A stretch of DNA of 62,906 nucleotides, counting the filler, from Globobulimina sp. (lineage: Eukaryota): NCBI GenBank assembly GCA_003354225.1. It is 17 parts of 17 records of this genome, joined end to end, with 100 filler letters (N's around TTAATTAATTAA, not from the genome) between each part and the next. Parts side by side here need not be neighbours in the genome. Positions count along the whole stretch, not along the records: positions 33,372 to 36,977 come from PIVH01002415.1; positions 37,078 to 40,683 come from PIVH01002416.1; positions 40,784 to 44,387 come from PIVH01002417.1; positions 44,488 to 48,091 come from PIVH01002418.1; positions 48,192 to 51,795 come from PIVH01002419.1; 12 more parts are not named here. One strand, given 5' to 3'. This document shows positions 35,275 to 48,441 of the stretch, piece by piece. Position 1 is the first letter of the stretch. Each line of letters starts with the position of its first letter. The position numbers and the translations under genes are program-made. The notes under the pieces were generated by a model. The model was given only the letters and a program-made list of their open reading frames with translations, was not told where the DNA came from and made no database searches.

Positions 35275-36977
35275 ATGGCACAAAAACTTACTTTAAGCAT
35301 ATCCGTAACAAAAGGAAGAGACGATAAATACATCCATATCCACTTGATCTCATTTGCCACGTGGAATGTACGCCGTTCCTTTCTTGAATTGGATGAATTA
35401 CACACATTATTATCCCAAACAAACCGTGGTATTTTTTTACCAGCCTTACCCAATGCATCCAGGTCGACCTCCGCAGAATATCAAGAATATTTATCCAAAG
35501 TCATATGTCGTACATTCTGGGTGCATTTAGAAGCGGTCCTCACTTTCATCCAAGCTCCGTTAGAATTTCGTCGTGCAGTAAGCGCACAATATACAAACGA
35601 GAAAAGCACCGTAATTAAATGCGGCAAACTAAAAAAAGAAGGGCAAAAAAACAAATCCTATCATAAGAGATATTTTGTAGTATTGTCAAATTATTTAATC
35701 ACATATTTTGACTCCAAACAAGCCTTTAATTTATACACAGAAAGTAAAAACAATAAACCTCCCAAAGGACATATTGACTTATTATTAGTCAAAAAGTTGA
35801 TAACCCCACAAAATACAAACAAAAAATATGCGTTCCACCTATCAACACCTACTCGTTTATGGAAACTGCAATGCAAATCCCAATCGGAACAAAATGAGTG
35901 GGTACAATTCTTAGCCAATTATTTATCCTCAAAAAAGTATCAAGCCTTTATAGCGCCGCATCGACCCAATCAGACCGAGGTAAAATGCAACAATGAACCC
36001 GAAGACATTCAAGAATTATTTTTGAGCAAAAATACCAAACACTCAGATCCAGTGAATCGCATTGCACATATTCTATTATATCACTATCAATTAACCAAAG
36101 CAATGGATTATAAGAAAGGGGACGAATTATATGTGCATAACACCAATGATGATGAAAAAAGTGTCACTGTCACGCAATTGGAAGCAAATCAGATTTTATA
36201 TAACTATATAAATCAGCAATTGTATCCATATAATAACGTGAGATTATTGAACGATTATTTTCTTTTAATACTGAACCATTCCGGCGATGAATTTAATATG
36301 TTATATGGCAGAATGACCAACAAAATTGGGACTTTTTGTGACATTCAGTTATGTTCTAGTTTTGAGAGGATTGAAAAAGATGCAATTAATAATATCAATA
36401 CGTATTATAATTATTTAAATTCATCGCATAAAGAATTGGATATATTGCATTTATGTGACATGATACATTGTTATTTTTTGCATGGTTACGATGTTGGAAT
36501 GAAGCTCTCCGACAAAGAATTGAGTGAAATAGAAAATTGTATCTCTGAAAGCAAGCAGGATGACAATGTGACTAATCGGACAGAGATATTTAATATGCAA
36601 TTTGATATGATTAAGCAGCTACTTTTGAGCAAAAGGAAAGAGTTCCAGACACGTTTGAATTTTGCCAGTACACATTATGGGTCTCATCAGGTGAATAAAT
36701 TCATAACACACTGCATTGAAACGGAGACAAAGGCCGATAACTTATCCACTTCGTTTGGTTACAAATATTTCTATTGGAACAGTTACAGACATAATGACGA
36801 AGACGACTTGAAGTATAATATTGGACATAAGATCAATGATTTTTATATTGTGCCCAAGCACAAAGATATTAAATCTGAGATTTTTGGCAATGGTCAACAT
36901 TTAAATAATATTTTTTGTATTGGGCAGAAGAAATGGGATTATTTGCTGCGACGCGCCTTATTATTATTGCGCTGTGT
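35275..36977 (+). CDS. PX-like + PH domain protein with the conserved core shared with 11127..14491 (3' truncated)
   Basis: WNVRRSFLELDELHTLL...LPALP (PX-like); KCGKLKKEG...KRYFVV...PKGHIDL...EQNEWVQFL (PH); DMIHCYFLHGYD and FGYKYFYW core motifs. Confidence 0.75.
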
Positions 36978-37077
36978 NNNNNNNNNNNNNNNNNNNNNNN
37001 NNNNNNNNNNNNNNNNNNNNNTTAATTAATTAANNNNNNNNNNNNNNNNNNNNNNNNNNNNNNNNNNNNNNNNNNNN

Positions 37078-40000
37078 AAATAATTTGATAAATTGAAATG
37101 TTGTTTACAATTAAAACAATTATAAATTTGATTACAAATACAGCCATCAACGGATGTATTCAACACTAACAATGCATTGATAATGTCAGAGTGTACTGTG
37201 TCATTACAATACAGTAAGATATGATAACTATTATTATCAATGTATGAATTGGTGAAATCATTCAAATAGTATTTGATGAAAAAGCCATCCGAGGGCCAAA
37301 TAGTTGTCATAGTTTGCGTAAAATTGATTGAAATTAAATTTGTTATTCCATAATGAATATTGGCTGTCTTTTCCATTCCATTTATATAGAATAATAACAA
37401 AACATTATCATCAAATATAGCTAATTCAGACCGTCTATAATGTGCAATATCTGTTGGTATATCAATCCCCATTTTATTTGTCTCAAACCGTTCTGTTTTG
37501 GTATCGAATATTATCGTATTCCATGAGGATGCATCAGATCCATGAATATAAATTTTATTATTTGATGCCATTACCGACCGCGTATAAACCTCATTATTGC
37601 ACATACGCAGTGTATTTATTTTTATAGCCTCATTATTACGAATATCATATTTGTATAAATCACATGAATATTTATCACAATTACCTTGCGAATCACATGC
37701 GTATGAATCTAAAATATATATATTATAATTCAGAATGGCGCAGTTAATGATTTCTGTCCATTCCCATCCAATGCTAAGACTGCTTCCTGTCCATGCTGTT
37801 GGTCCTTGAATATTGGACCATTCCTCATTCGCCAATGAAAAAATCAACATATTTGTTGGAGTAATAATATAAACATAATCGCCATTAGATACCATACATT
37901 TATCTTCAATGTATTGCAAACCAACCGTAAATGATGATTTTTGTGGAATTTCGTAAGATTTAGAGGTAGGTTTCACTTTATCCAAATTAATATGTGTCAA
38001 CATGTCACCAGCCGCTGTCCACGTATACAGAAACAAAGAAGATCGATATTGTGCGTATCTTTGTGATTTCATAATAATATGTTCCTTAACTTCATGTTGG
38101 TCCATTTCTAAAACTCCACCGCCTTTAACATCATACAGTTCATGATTCCAATTCCATTCATATCCATGCAGTCCGTGCAAATCCTCGAATAGCGGCAACG
38201 TCAAGTTAGTAAAATGTACTTTGCGGAGACCAAATACAAATAATGTCCAATTCCAAAAGGCGATCGGCGGTCTAAACGGCCTCGTTCCAAATTGCTCGTA
38301 ATCATTATTTGCCGGATAATACGCAGTGACATCACATTCTTCTTCGTGAGAATCAAAGCTCGTATCGTAATATTCGAGGATAATGTCTTCATTCAATAAG
38401 GAATTGTTCACAAACTCTATATTCTTCCAACAATTCAATGTCGCATTGCAATGTTCATAGATTCCATATGCATTACAAAGAAAGCCATCCACTGCGCGGT
38501 CGACAGAATCTTGTAGAATGGCAATGTGTGCCGCACTTTGACAAACTGCGCCATTTGTCTTAAGCCAAAGATACGCAGCAACGGCACCGGTAACATTCAT
38601 GGATAATATTGTTTGACTGTTAATGTCGTCGCAAGAACACAATGCAGGGCAAGATAGCAGATTTTCGTGATACGGAGATTCGTCATTGACACAATAACCT
38701 GTTCCGTTCTGGTCGCAAAGAGTGCCATCAATCCATTGCCAATTTACATTTTTATACATTCCGATCCACACTTCGTCCAAACTAAGATAATTATTCCAAT
38801 GTGCAGACATTGTGGAAGCGTTCATGATTCGAATGGCGTCAAAGATGTCTTGTTGTGATAAAATAGTGGCCAAACTTGTGCCATATTCGGTTTCACAGTG
38901 CAATTCCGACTGAATCCAGTTCATTCCGACGCTGCCCGGTGTCAATATATATTTATCCACACTTGATTTGTAAATACAATACAAAGCGATATTAAACCAA
39001 TCGTCAATGGCAAAACTGCCATGTCCAATAAACTCCAATCTGATCAAATACTGTCCAGCATCTAATGCATTTATTACTACATTGGACATTGCAGTGATTG
39101 TCAATTTGTGCGATTGCAATTCGTACAAAACATTAAAATCATTATCGTAGAGACGAAATGAAAATATATACCGTATAAACAAAGAAACGAAATTAAATGT
39201 AATATAATAAATGCTTTGAGGCAACATGAGTTTGTAATATTTAATATCGCCAATTGATACAGCATACCCATTGTATCGAGTGTTGCATTGTATGCTGCCA
39301 ACAATATTTGGTGCTGAGCGGACGCAGATATTTTGTACTGAGCCATTTATGGCATTATCAATATTCCACGGATCGCTAATATATAACGGATAGGATGGAT
39401 GCCAAATGGTTGAGGTACTGTTTTCCTTTGCATTCGAATTCATTTCTTCCAATTCTACAATGAAATAATTGTCGATTTGTGACTGTAAGGGGTTGATCAC
39501 AAAATAATATGCCACACTGTCAACGGCAAATATTTTTTCTTTGGGTTTTAATGACAGATAAATATGATGAAATTCATCAGTTGAAAGATCAAGGATTGCG
39601 TCGGCATTCGGCACATAAATCTCAAGCCAATGCGTGTTGTCTCTCAATGAAATATTGAAATAGTTTCCGTTGCCGTTGATTGATAGTGATGGATAACTAA
39701 TAGATGTTGAATTGCCTAAATGTAATATGTTACATAACGAGTGATTACACTGTTCATTTATTTTTATGTCAAATTCTATTTCAATTTGATCATCGATGAT
39801 TGTAATCCATTCGAGGATGCTTTGCGATGGCACTATCATATGATTTCCAGCTACGTAGTAATCACAATTTGGAAGAAAAACAATTTTTAATTGGTAACTA
39901 CCGGCTGTTGTATTATTATTATATGGCTCAATTTTGAGATAATACGTTCCTTTATTTAATGAAATGGTAAAATTAATAAAACAGCCACTGAGATTGGGTG

Positions 40001-40277
40001 CGTCTGGCACCGCGATAATATTTCCTACGCCATCTAAAATGCGTAATTGTGTGTTAATATAAATATTACTGTGACAATCTTCGAAATGCACTTCATATGA
40101 ACTATTAATGATCAGTTGATGATAATGAGTTTGGTTATATGTTGAATTCATAAATATATCTGATATAATTTCATTGTGGGATATATTGCTCCGGATTTGT
40201 GGTGCAAACGTTCCGCAGTTTATGCATCTGATTGCAAATGCATACCACAAAATGATTAACAACTTAAGTTGCGCCAT
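37078..40277 (-). CDS. Large secreted/surface protein with a C-type lectin-like domain and beta-rich/propeller-like regions (3' truncated)
   Basis: Signal peptide; MNWIQSELHCETEYGTSLATI...VWIGM...WQWIDGT is CTL-like; LNKGTYYLKI is a PPC-like beta motif. Confidence 0.7.
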
Positions 40278-40391
40278 GTACACTATCGGCAAAGAACCAT
40301 GGTTTTTTTATGCATACAGTACCTCAAATCGACGCAAAAACTTTAATAATCCATTTGTAACAGTAAGTGTAAGACTGTGTCTGTGAGCAAC

Positions 40392-40683
40392 ATGTTATTT
40401 ATACTATTATTAGCGTTAGTATCTGGTCAAGAACCACCATTGGATACATTGACATTACCTCCGGGCTTTAACATTGAGGTATTCGCAAACAGATCATGGA
40501 ATGTTCGAGGTCCACGACAGATGAATGTATGTTTGTCATTATATTATTCATTATATTTATATTTTTTTGTCACTACCAATCCAGGTTCAATTTTATCAAG
40601 GCGCCACAATTATTTTTGTTGGAACATTAAACGCAAATTTTAAAAATCCAATCGCATTAATCGACCGTAACTCTGATAATGTG
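40392..40683 (+). CDS. Secreted PQQ-dependent sorbosone/glucose dehydrogenase-like protein, N-terminus; intron 40527-40584; 3' truncated
   Basis: Signal peptide, then PLDTLTLPPGFNIEVFA...PRQM...IFVGT...IDRNSD, matching the bacterial sorbosone-DH N-terminal pattern LPPGFxIEVFA..ARQM..VFVGT. Confidence 0.6.
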
Positions 40684-40783
40684 NNNNNNNNNNNNNNNNN
40701 NNNNNNNNNNNNNNNNNNNNNNNNNNNTTAATTAATTAANNNNNNNNNNNNNNNNNNNNNNNNNNNNNNNNNNNNNNNNNNNN

Positions 40784-41560
40784 TGTCGTTTTATCAATCT
40801 GTTCATCATCAATTTTAGAATCATTTTCTTTCGGCGCATTCAAATTTCGTCGTGTTTTCTGAAAAAAATCTGTTCTCGATCTATATTGCATGTTATTGTA
40901 CATTGTAAGCACATTTAATTATATTCAGACAAATTAAACATACCGAAACATAATTGTTTTGAATAATTTATTGATAAATAAGCCAACCACAAGCCACGAC
41001 AAACAGAAATCTGATATGAATAAGAAGATGAAAACGGGATAAAATTGAATGTAATAACCATCAAATTTGCGATTGATTTGAATATAGCGCAACATTATCA
41101 ATGTGATCCACCAAATGGCTGCAACCAACATTAAGCATAACAGAGACACAGATACAATGATTGTATTTCTATTCATTGCTAAGAGGGAGCCTTTGAACGA
41201 GTAATAGAGCCTGGCGAGGAACTGGGCGTAAATGGAGGATTTGGCTAAAAAAAGAAATACTGCAAATAATATAATACAAATTACAAAGTTATCGTCGTTT
41301 TCAAAATTATCATTGTCATGTTCATTGAAATAAGTCAATGCGGAGATAAATATAATGGAAGAGATGAAATAAAAAATTGCACTAAATATGGTGGCACAAT
41401 TTGCTATTGGTTGGCCAGTGCGATATTTGTGTAATGAGTAAATTAATACAATGCAGGCGGATAACGAGAATATTGTGACGAGTAAGCCTGTAATAAACAA
41501 GTATATTTCTGCTGCGTGACCAAGAAAGCGTTCTTCCGGCCTTTTATTTACGTTTGACAT
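40784..41560 (-). CDS. Multi-pass membrane protein, GPCR-like N-terminal 5 TMs (spliced, 3' truncated)
   Basis: Five hydrophobic helices; RLYYSFKGS after TM3; intron near 40880-40943. Confidence 0.6.
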
Positions 41561-41702
41561 TCTTGAAGGAGTGAGTCACACAAAAACATCTAATGCCATG
41601 TTTTACTGATATAATCGCTTGAAACAAACAGGACTCGAAACAACAACATACAGATTGAAAAAATAAAACAGATATCGATTTTGAAAAACGTTCGTTTTTA
41701 GA

Positions 41703-42380
41703 TCACAGTACTTTGTATGTGAGCAATTCAACCTCATTGCCATGAACACCGCTTGTCCATACTGCCCGATATTCCGTATCTTTTATATCATGTGATTTGC
41801 CATAATCCTTTCCATTAATTCGAAATGACAATGTCAGAGTATCAAAATCCAAATACATATCGATTTCATCATTATCGTGCAGTTTAACACCATAACTTTC
41901 ATCCTCTGTCCACTTGTAATTGCCATTATGAATATTTATTCTTGCAAGCGACGCACTGAATAAATAAGCGGTGTTCCGCTCTGCACCAATTAAGTCATCA
42001 ACATAGGCATATGGACTGCGACTGACATTATCCCATATACCGACCAGTAAACATCCCTTATTTTTATAGATGCGGAATTTCCAGTGATGTGCATAGCTGT
42101 TTACAACGTTTGATAAGAAGGCAGTGGAATATCCATTGCCGTCGCCAGTATGTTTCATTATATTTCCATATATAGTTATTTTACAAGATTTGCCATTCTC
42201 GTCCCAGTGATCAGGTCGAATGAAATAAAACAATGAACATATTTTATGGATCACCACTGGAATGGTGTAAAAAGTATGATCCTTTTGAAGATTTCGAATA
42301 TATCCAAATACCAAATGCTGACTGCCCGCATCTACCAGTTTAAATTTGGAAATGTCAATTCTATTTCGACGTAGCTCCAT
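41703..42380 (-). CDS. B30.2/SPRY-like domain protein
   Basis: HHWKFRI, LVGIW, YGVKLHDNDEIDMYLDFDTLTLSFRINGKDYG pattern. Confidence 0.7.
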   Translation of the reverse strand: MELRRNRIDISKFKLVDAGSQHLVFGYIRNLQKDHTFYTIPVVIHKICSLFYFIRPDHWDENGKSCKITIYGNIMKHTGDGNGYSTAFLSNVVNSYAHHWKFRIYKNKGCLLVGIWDNVSRSPYAYVDDLIGAERNTAYLFSASLARINIHNGNYKWTEDESYGVKLHDNDEIDMYLDFDTLTLSFRINGKDYGKSHDIKDTEYRAVWTSGVHGNEVELLTYKVL

Positions 42381-42896
42381 ATTCGAGTCGACTGTCAATT
42401 CTTTTTAAGTTTAAAAAGAGTGTAGACACTTTCTAAGAGATTTTCATTCTGTGGGTCAGCAACATGTTGAACATGTTGTGAAGAGCAACTACAGGAGAGT
42501 GATTTACCGAGAACTAGCTGCAATTGATTATGGATTTTGGTTATTTTTCTTTGTTATTTCGGAAATGTGATCATTATTTCAATAAAAATGTAGTTTTCTG
42601 TCAATATTTTTTTACTAAGCTTATATTTTTTAGTTTATCATTTCACATAAAATTCATCTTATTGTTATAGATATTTCAAAATCCACCAAAATATTCAAAA
42701 GTTTATTATACTCACTAAAATACTGGAAATGTTGTTATGAACATTTGAAAATAAATATTAATTAATGCAAAAAACTTATTTATGAATTATGAACTATTTA
42801 TCCATAATTATCAACTATTTATGCATAATTATCCATAAATATTCGATAAAACAAACATCAAAATCAAAATACACCTGAAAAATTGTGACACGACAA

Positions 42897-44387
42897 ATGG
42901 AAATGATTAATTTTGTAACAGCCTTTACATTAATTATTGGTTTGAGCATAGCGTATTTTTTGTATCAACACAGAGCCAAACCAAATAAAACTATCCCATT
43001 ATCAAAAAACATGCATTACCTGCCATATTTTGGACATTTTTTCTCTTTATTAAAAATGTCAAAGATACCTGACGTAGTTGATTCTTATGTGGAAAAAGAC
43101 AACATACAAAACATCAAAGTCGACCAGGTGTCACGTTCTTTTTTACCGAACTATATTCTCTTAAGAGATCCTGATTTAATAAAATTCTGTTTTGAGGATC
43201 AATTCCATGCTTTCGAGAAATCAGAAATGGTCTCGCAAATTGCAAAAGAAATTTTGGGGAAAGGAATATTTGCGTCAGATGGTGCTCAATGGAGATTACA
43301 CAGGAAAATATCTGCGCGATTGTTTACAATGAAAAATTTGAATGGTTACATGTTTGAATGTGCATACAAAGGATCAAAAACATTCCTGTCAAAATTGGAA
43401 CAACTTAGACTTGCAAAAGGAAATGAAGAACACATAGTGGATATTTATGATATGTTCGCCAGATACACATTGGATATATTTGTTGCAATGGCGTTTGGTC
43501 ATCGTTTGAAAAATATTGAATCTGCTCCCAAAAAACACTTATTTGGAGCAGCATTCGATTCGAGTTTGAATATTTTGTTCAAAAGGGGAGCGAATCCATT
43601 TTGGAAAATAATGAAATTTTTGAATATCGGATTTGAAAAACAAGTGAAAAAAGATTTGCAAATTGTTGATAAATATATTTACAGATTGATTGAAAATAAC
43701 TCATTGACGGGAAACTTAAATGATGCAAATGGTGATAAACATAATTTAATATCATTGTTCATCAAACATGAACCACAAGTTTCAAAGCGTGAACTAAGAG
43801 ATGTTGCTATGAATTTTATTGTGGCTGGCCGCGATACTACGAGACTTTTGTTATCTTGGTTTGTTTACGATTTAACCAAACATCCTGAAGTCGAAGCAAA
43901 GATTTTAACTGAAATTAACAATTTTTATGCAAAGAATGATGGTTTAACTTATCAGAATATTCAGAATCATTATGGTGATAAGAGCAGACCGTCACACTGG
44001 CAATATTTGGAAGCTGCGTTGTGTGAAACTTTGAGATTGCATCCTCCCGTTCAGCTTTTAGTCCGGTTTGCGAAAAAAGATGTGAATTTACCTGGAAAAG
44101 AAGGGTATGTGATTAAGAAAGGTGAAGGTGTTGCTATTCGTGCATATGTTAATTCGCGATTAAAACGCATTTGGGGAGAGGATGCTCTTCAATTTAAACC
44201 CAGTCGATTTTTGGCAAAAGGAGTTAATACATATCCACCGCATATATTCCCTATATTTAATGTGAAACCAAGGTATTGTTTGGGAAAACATATTGCAATG
44301 ATGGAAGCAAAGATTGTTGCAATCGAATTTTTGAGAAAATATCAATTTACAAAAACAAAAGACTCAAAAGTTACTACACTTCTTGGT
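42897..44387 (+). CDS. Cytochrome P450 (CYP86/CYP704-like features), 3' truncated
   Basis: N-terminal TM; GKGIFASDGAQWRLHRK; AGRDTT I-helix; ETLRLHPPV; KPSRF; heme motif FNVKPRYCLG. Confidence 0.95.
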
Positions 44388-44487
44388 NNNNNNNNNNNNN
44401 NNNNNNNNNNNNNNNNNNNNNNNNNNNNNNNTTAATTAATTAANNNNNNNNNNNNNNNNNNNNNNNNNNNNNNNNNNNNNNNNNNNN

Positions 44488-46244
44488 TTACATAAAGAAT
44501 CTAATTTATTACAATCAAATGCAGCATCTATCAAAGTATATAATTTATCGTATACATTCCGACGATCTGACATAAATTCTGTTTGTATTTGATTGGGAAT
44601 AAACTGCATAAAAAAATCCCAATCACTCTTTAATAAATCTAAGAAAATATTAACATGTGAAACATCAGGAAATTGTGTCTGAGAAACCTGTAATATTCGT
44701 TTTATTCCATTTGTTATTTGTATGAATTGATTTGATTTAAAATCAATATTATTATACTGTCTATATACAGATAATAAATGACATAAACAACCAAACACCG
44801 TCAACATACATCCATATATATCATGGCCAACAGTCTTGTTTTTATTTTTAGATCTTCTAAAACTAAAATAATCACTATCGCGTTTCCTCACATGCTGAAC
44901 ATGAACGTGATTCAATTCAACACACAATTTTTGTTGAGGATTCATAGCATCTTTAAATTTGCCTAAAAATGTAATCAATGGGTTTGAATCATTAATATTT
45001 CTTGATGGAAATTCAATAATTTGTGCGACAGTAAATACGTAATCGCTATCGGTTGTATCATGTATATCACTCACTTGTGTTTGGTCTGGATCTCTAATAA
45101 TAACATCATTGCCGGGTGATAATAATTTATAGATCCATTCTTTGCTGTATTTAACATCAATTAAAGCACTGATTTTATTTATAAACTGAGGAATAACATT
45201 TTTAATTATACCATCATGAACCGAAGGTGCACAATGCATCCATTTACCAGCTAAATTCAACGCACTTGTGATCCAGGATAAATCTTTGATATTTTTGGTC
45301 CATTGTCTTTCTAAAATACAAATAATTCTATCAATAATATGTGATTTATGTACTCGAATAGAAAGATAAGGTTTACGTGGTTTTACTGGTTTACGTCGTA
45401 AGAATGAAATATAAGGTTGAACATTAAAATATAAATTGTTAATAATAGTTACAATATGCGGAATAACCTCGTGTTGGGTGAAAGTGTCTTGTGTATCAAA
45501 TATGCCATCAATAAAAATTGATAAATTTTCAATTATATTTACATTCACAATGCATAAGCGAAGGGATGTGATTTCTGAAAGAGCTTTAAATAAAAACAAA
45601 ATATTTGCAATAAACTTGATGTGATGGTTAATAATATGTTGATTTAATAATAAATTGGAGAATGTTGGCAATATTCCAGATGTTGCAATATGTTGTAATG
45701 TGCCGTATCGCCCCCGATTTTCATTTTTTATCCATAAACATAATAATTCCGATTCATGCGTTACTTTTAATAAATCATTATTGTTTTCATTGTTAATATC
45801 AATGTCTATTATTTCAGATATTTTATGTATAAAATGATACACTTTATTTAATGGAAATGGTAATATTTGTGAATGTGGATAAGATTTTTTAAATTGTGCT
45901 GCTACACAAAACACTCTACACATTGTTGACAGCATTCCCTTTTCATATTGCGTTAAAAATACAAATATCGACGCTAAACAATTGCTATTCAAACTGTTCA
46001 AATTTATTTCGCCATTTACATTGATTTCTTTTTTGATTTCATTTTGTTTTGGTTTTTTTAATATTTTTAATAATTCTTTTTGTTGAATATATGATAAATT
46101 ATTTTTATTTTTCAACATAATTTTAATCATATTTCTGGAACCACCAAATGATTCAATGATTTCTTCTTCTTTTGATTGGTATTCCAAATCTTCCATTTTA
46201 TCTAAAATTGAATGATTTGTCAACCACAAAGATTGCAAATCCAT
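44488..46244 (-). CDS. F-box-like + helical (ARM-like) repeat protein (3' truncated)
   Basis: LNSLNSNCLASIFVFLTQYEKGMLSTMCRVF is F-box-like; helical Leu/Ile-rich segments follow. Confidence 0.55.
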
Positions 46245-46339
46245 TGGTAAACTATATAGGTCGAGATTATGCGGGAATATTTTTTGTGCTCTGAGAAAAT
46301 GCGTTTTCGTTTAGTTTAAAAAACTTGGACTCTAAAAAC

Positions 46340-48091
46340 ATGGCAAATCCAGATATTACAGATAGAGCAGATAGAGATGAATATGAGGTGGAGATTATTG
46401 ACAGACCAATAGGTGTACGGTTAATCCATACGGATAAAATTATAGTTGGTCAAGTGTTAGAAAATGGTGTAGGCTCAAAATTAGGTATTAAAAAAGGTGA
46501 TATATTGATTGAAATAAATGGAACCTCGATTATTGAGTTAGAAAATGACAAAGCAATTGAATTATTCGATGAAGCCAACTTACCATTCCTTGCAAAATTT
46601 AGCAAAGCAATATATATACAAAAACATGATGATAATAAGAAACATATTGAAGATAAACAGGGAACCAACTTGTATAATTTAGCAGAATGGAATGTAATAA
46701 ATGTATTGATGTGGTTCATTGAATACTGCAGCAATAAATTCGATGATGACACAAAATTGAAGAAATATCAAGCAATAATATGGAAAAATAGAATTGATGG
46801 CTCAAAATTGAAAACATTGACACAAACTGATTTATATAATATAGGCATTAATGATAAAAATGATTGTTATGCAATATACATGGAAGTATGTAATAAGTTA
46901 GGCATTGAAAATGACATTAAACCACTTTCAGACGATATCATCGATGATATTAAAGAAGAGAAACAAGAACCAAATGGAATATTAGATATTTTTGGATCCG
47001 ATAAATATGATTATAGTGATTGTGGGCGATTTATAGACATTGCACAATGTTTAGCATTACAAAGAATATGTTATGTATTGGGTCAATATGTTAAATGGAT
47101 AAATGAATGCATTGAAACACAGAAATTATTAAAATATAAAGAAAATCTATTTAAAGACGAGACATTAATGATTGATATTACATCGTATGAAGCAATTGAC
47201 AGTATAATGAATAATATAAATTATAATATTGTACTATTACTAAATGATTTTAATTATATTAAATTAAATTATTTGGACGCAACAAGCCATAAAATTAATA
47301 ATGGCCTAACCAGCGCAAGTAGCGACTTTAGGCGTCGATTAATTGATTTTTATACAATCCATAATCCAACAAAACTGTCAGACGTGGAAGGTATTGATGA
47401 AGTGTTACGGAGATATGCTGGAAGAGAGGACAAATTATTTTCAGATCTGAATCGAAAATATAATGTATGTGCAAAGAATAAAATTAATTCAAATCGAAAT
47501 TATCATATTATGCATAAAATATTTTGTAAGAATGTAGAACCGATTAAAAAAGATTGTAACTTTATATTAAGACGAAATTTTAGGGACAGATTATATTTTC
47601 AAGATAATAATATTATGAAAGAATGGTATTTTAGTATTAATGCAGAAAGCATAATGACACAAGAAATATTTGACAAAATATATTGTTTTTTTATGCATTC
47701 ATACGAGAACGGATTAATATTAACAGAGAAAGAAGAAAATATTATAAATACAAAAGACGAAAAAGATGAGCAGGAAGAAGATGAAATAAATTGGTATAAA
47801 TCAGATGCATTGTTACGGATTGGTTGCATTATCGAGGAAAAAAGAAAGAATTTATGTTTGTTATTGAATAAAATGAATTTATCGAAACGGAGATATAAGA
47901 AAAAAAATAATCGTTTTTTAACAAATTATGAGAATCAATACAGTGTTGGACATAAATATTATTATTTGGATTATCATCGTAAAAATGAGAAAATGGATTT
48001 TCATAATGTGGGATATCGATATTGTGATTGGTTTGTTGCAGCAAAATATGAATCATTAAAAGCTGAGTTAATGTTTAATAATATATCACAA
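46340..48091 (+). CDS. PDZ + SAM domain protein with the conserved core shared with 11127..14491 (3' truncated)
   Basis: RPIGVRL...GIKKGDILIEINGTSI (PDZ); EWNVINVLMW...NRIDGSKLKTLTQTDLYNIGI (SAM); DKIYCFFMHSYE and YSVGHKYYY core motifs. Confidence 0.8.
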
Positions 48092-48192
48092 NNNNNNNNN
48101 NNNNNNNNNNNNNNNNNNNNNNNNNNNNNNNNNNNTTAATTAATTAANNNNNNNNNNNNNNNNNNNNNNNNNNNNNNNNNNNNNNNNNNNNA

Positions 48193-48390
48193 GCACTTAA
48201 AGTAAGCTGGAATTTGTGGCCTGGTAATTTCCCTTTAGCCATAGCTCAAGAAAAAGGTTTTTTTGAAAAACATGGCGTTGAGGTTGAGGCGATATATTAT
48301 GAAGATTATGGCAAGTTGATAGCGACTTTACAGACAGGGCAAACAGATGGCACCTTACTTCCCTTAACAGATGTATTGCTTATTGATTTA
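48193..48390 (+). CDS. Bacterial-type ABC transporter substrate-binding protein fragment (SsuA/NMT1-THI5-like)
   Basis: LKVSWNLWPGNFPLAIAQEKGFFEKHGVEVE...LQTGQTDG; similarity ends abruptly near 48390. Confidence 0.75.
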
Positions 48391-48441
48391 AGGTTTTTCT
48401 TGAGATCTTGGCTGAAGGATCGATCAACGAAGTGAGGTGAT

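Noticed and set aside
44255-44285. Inactive P450 because the heme motif reads FNVKPRYCLG (Gly to Lys)
   Set aside because: The axial Cys, ExxR and I-helix Thr are intact; one substitution is not enough to infer loss of function.
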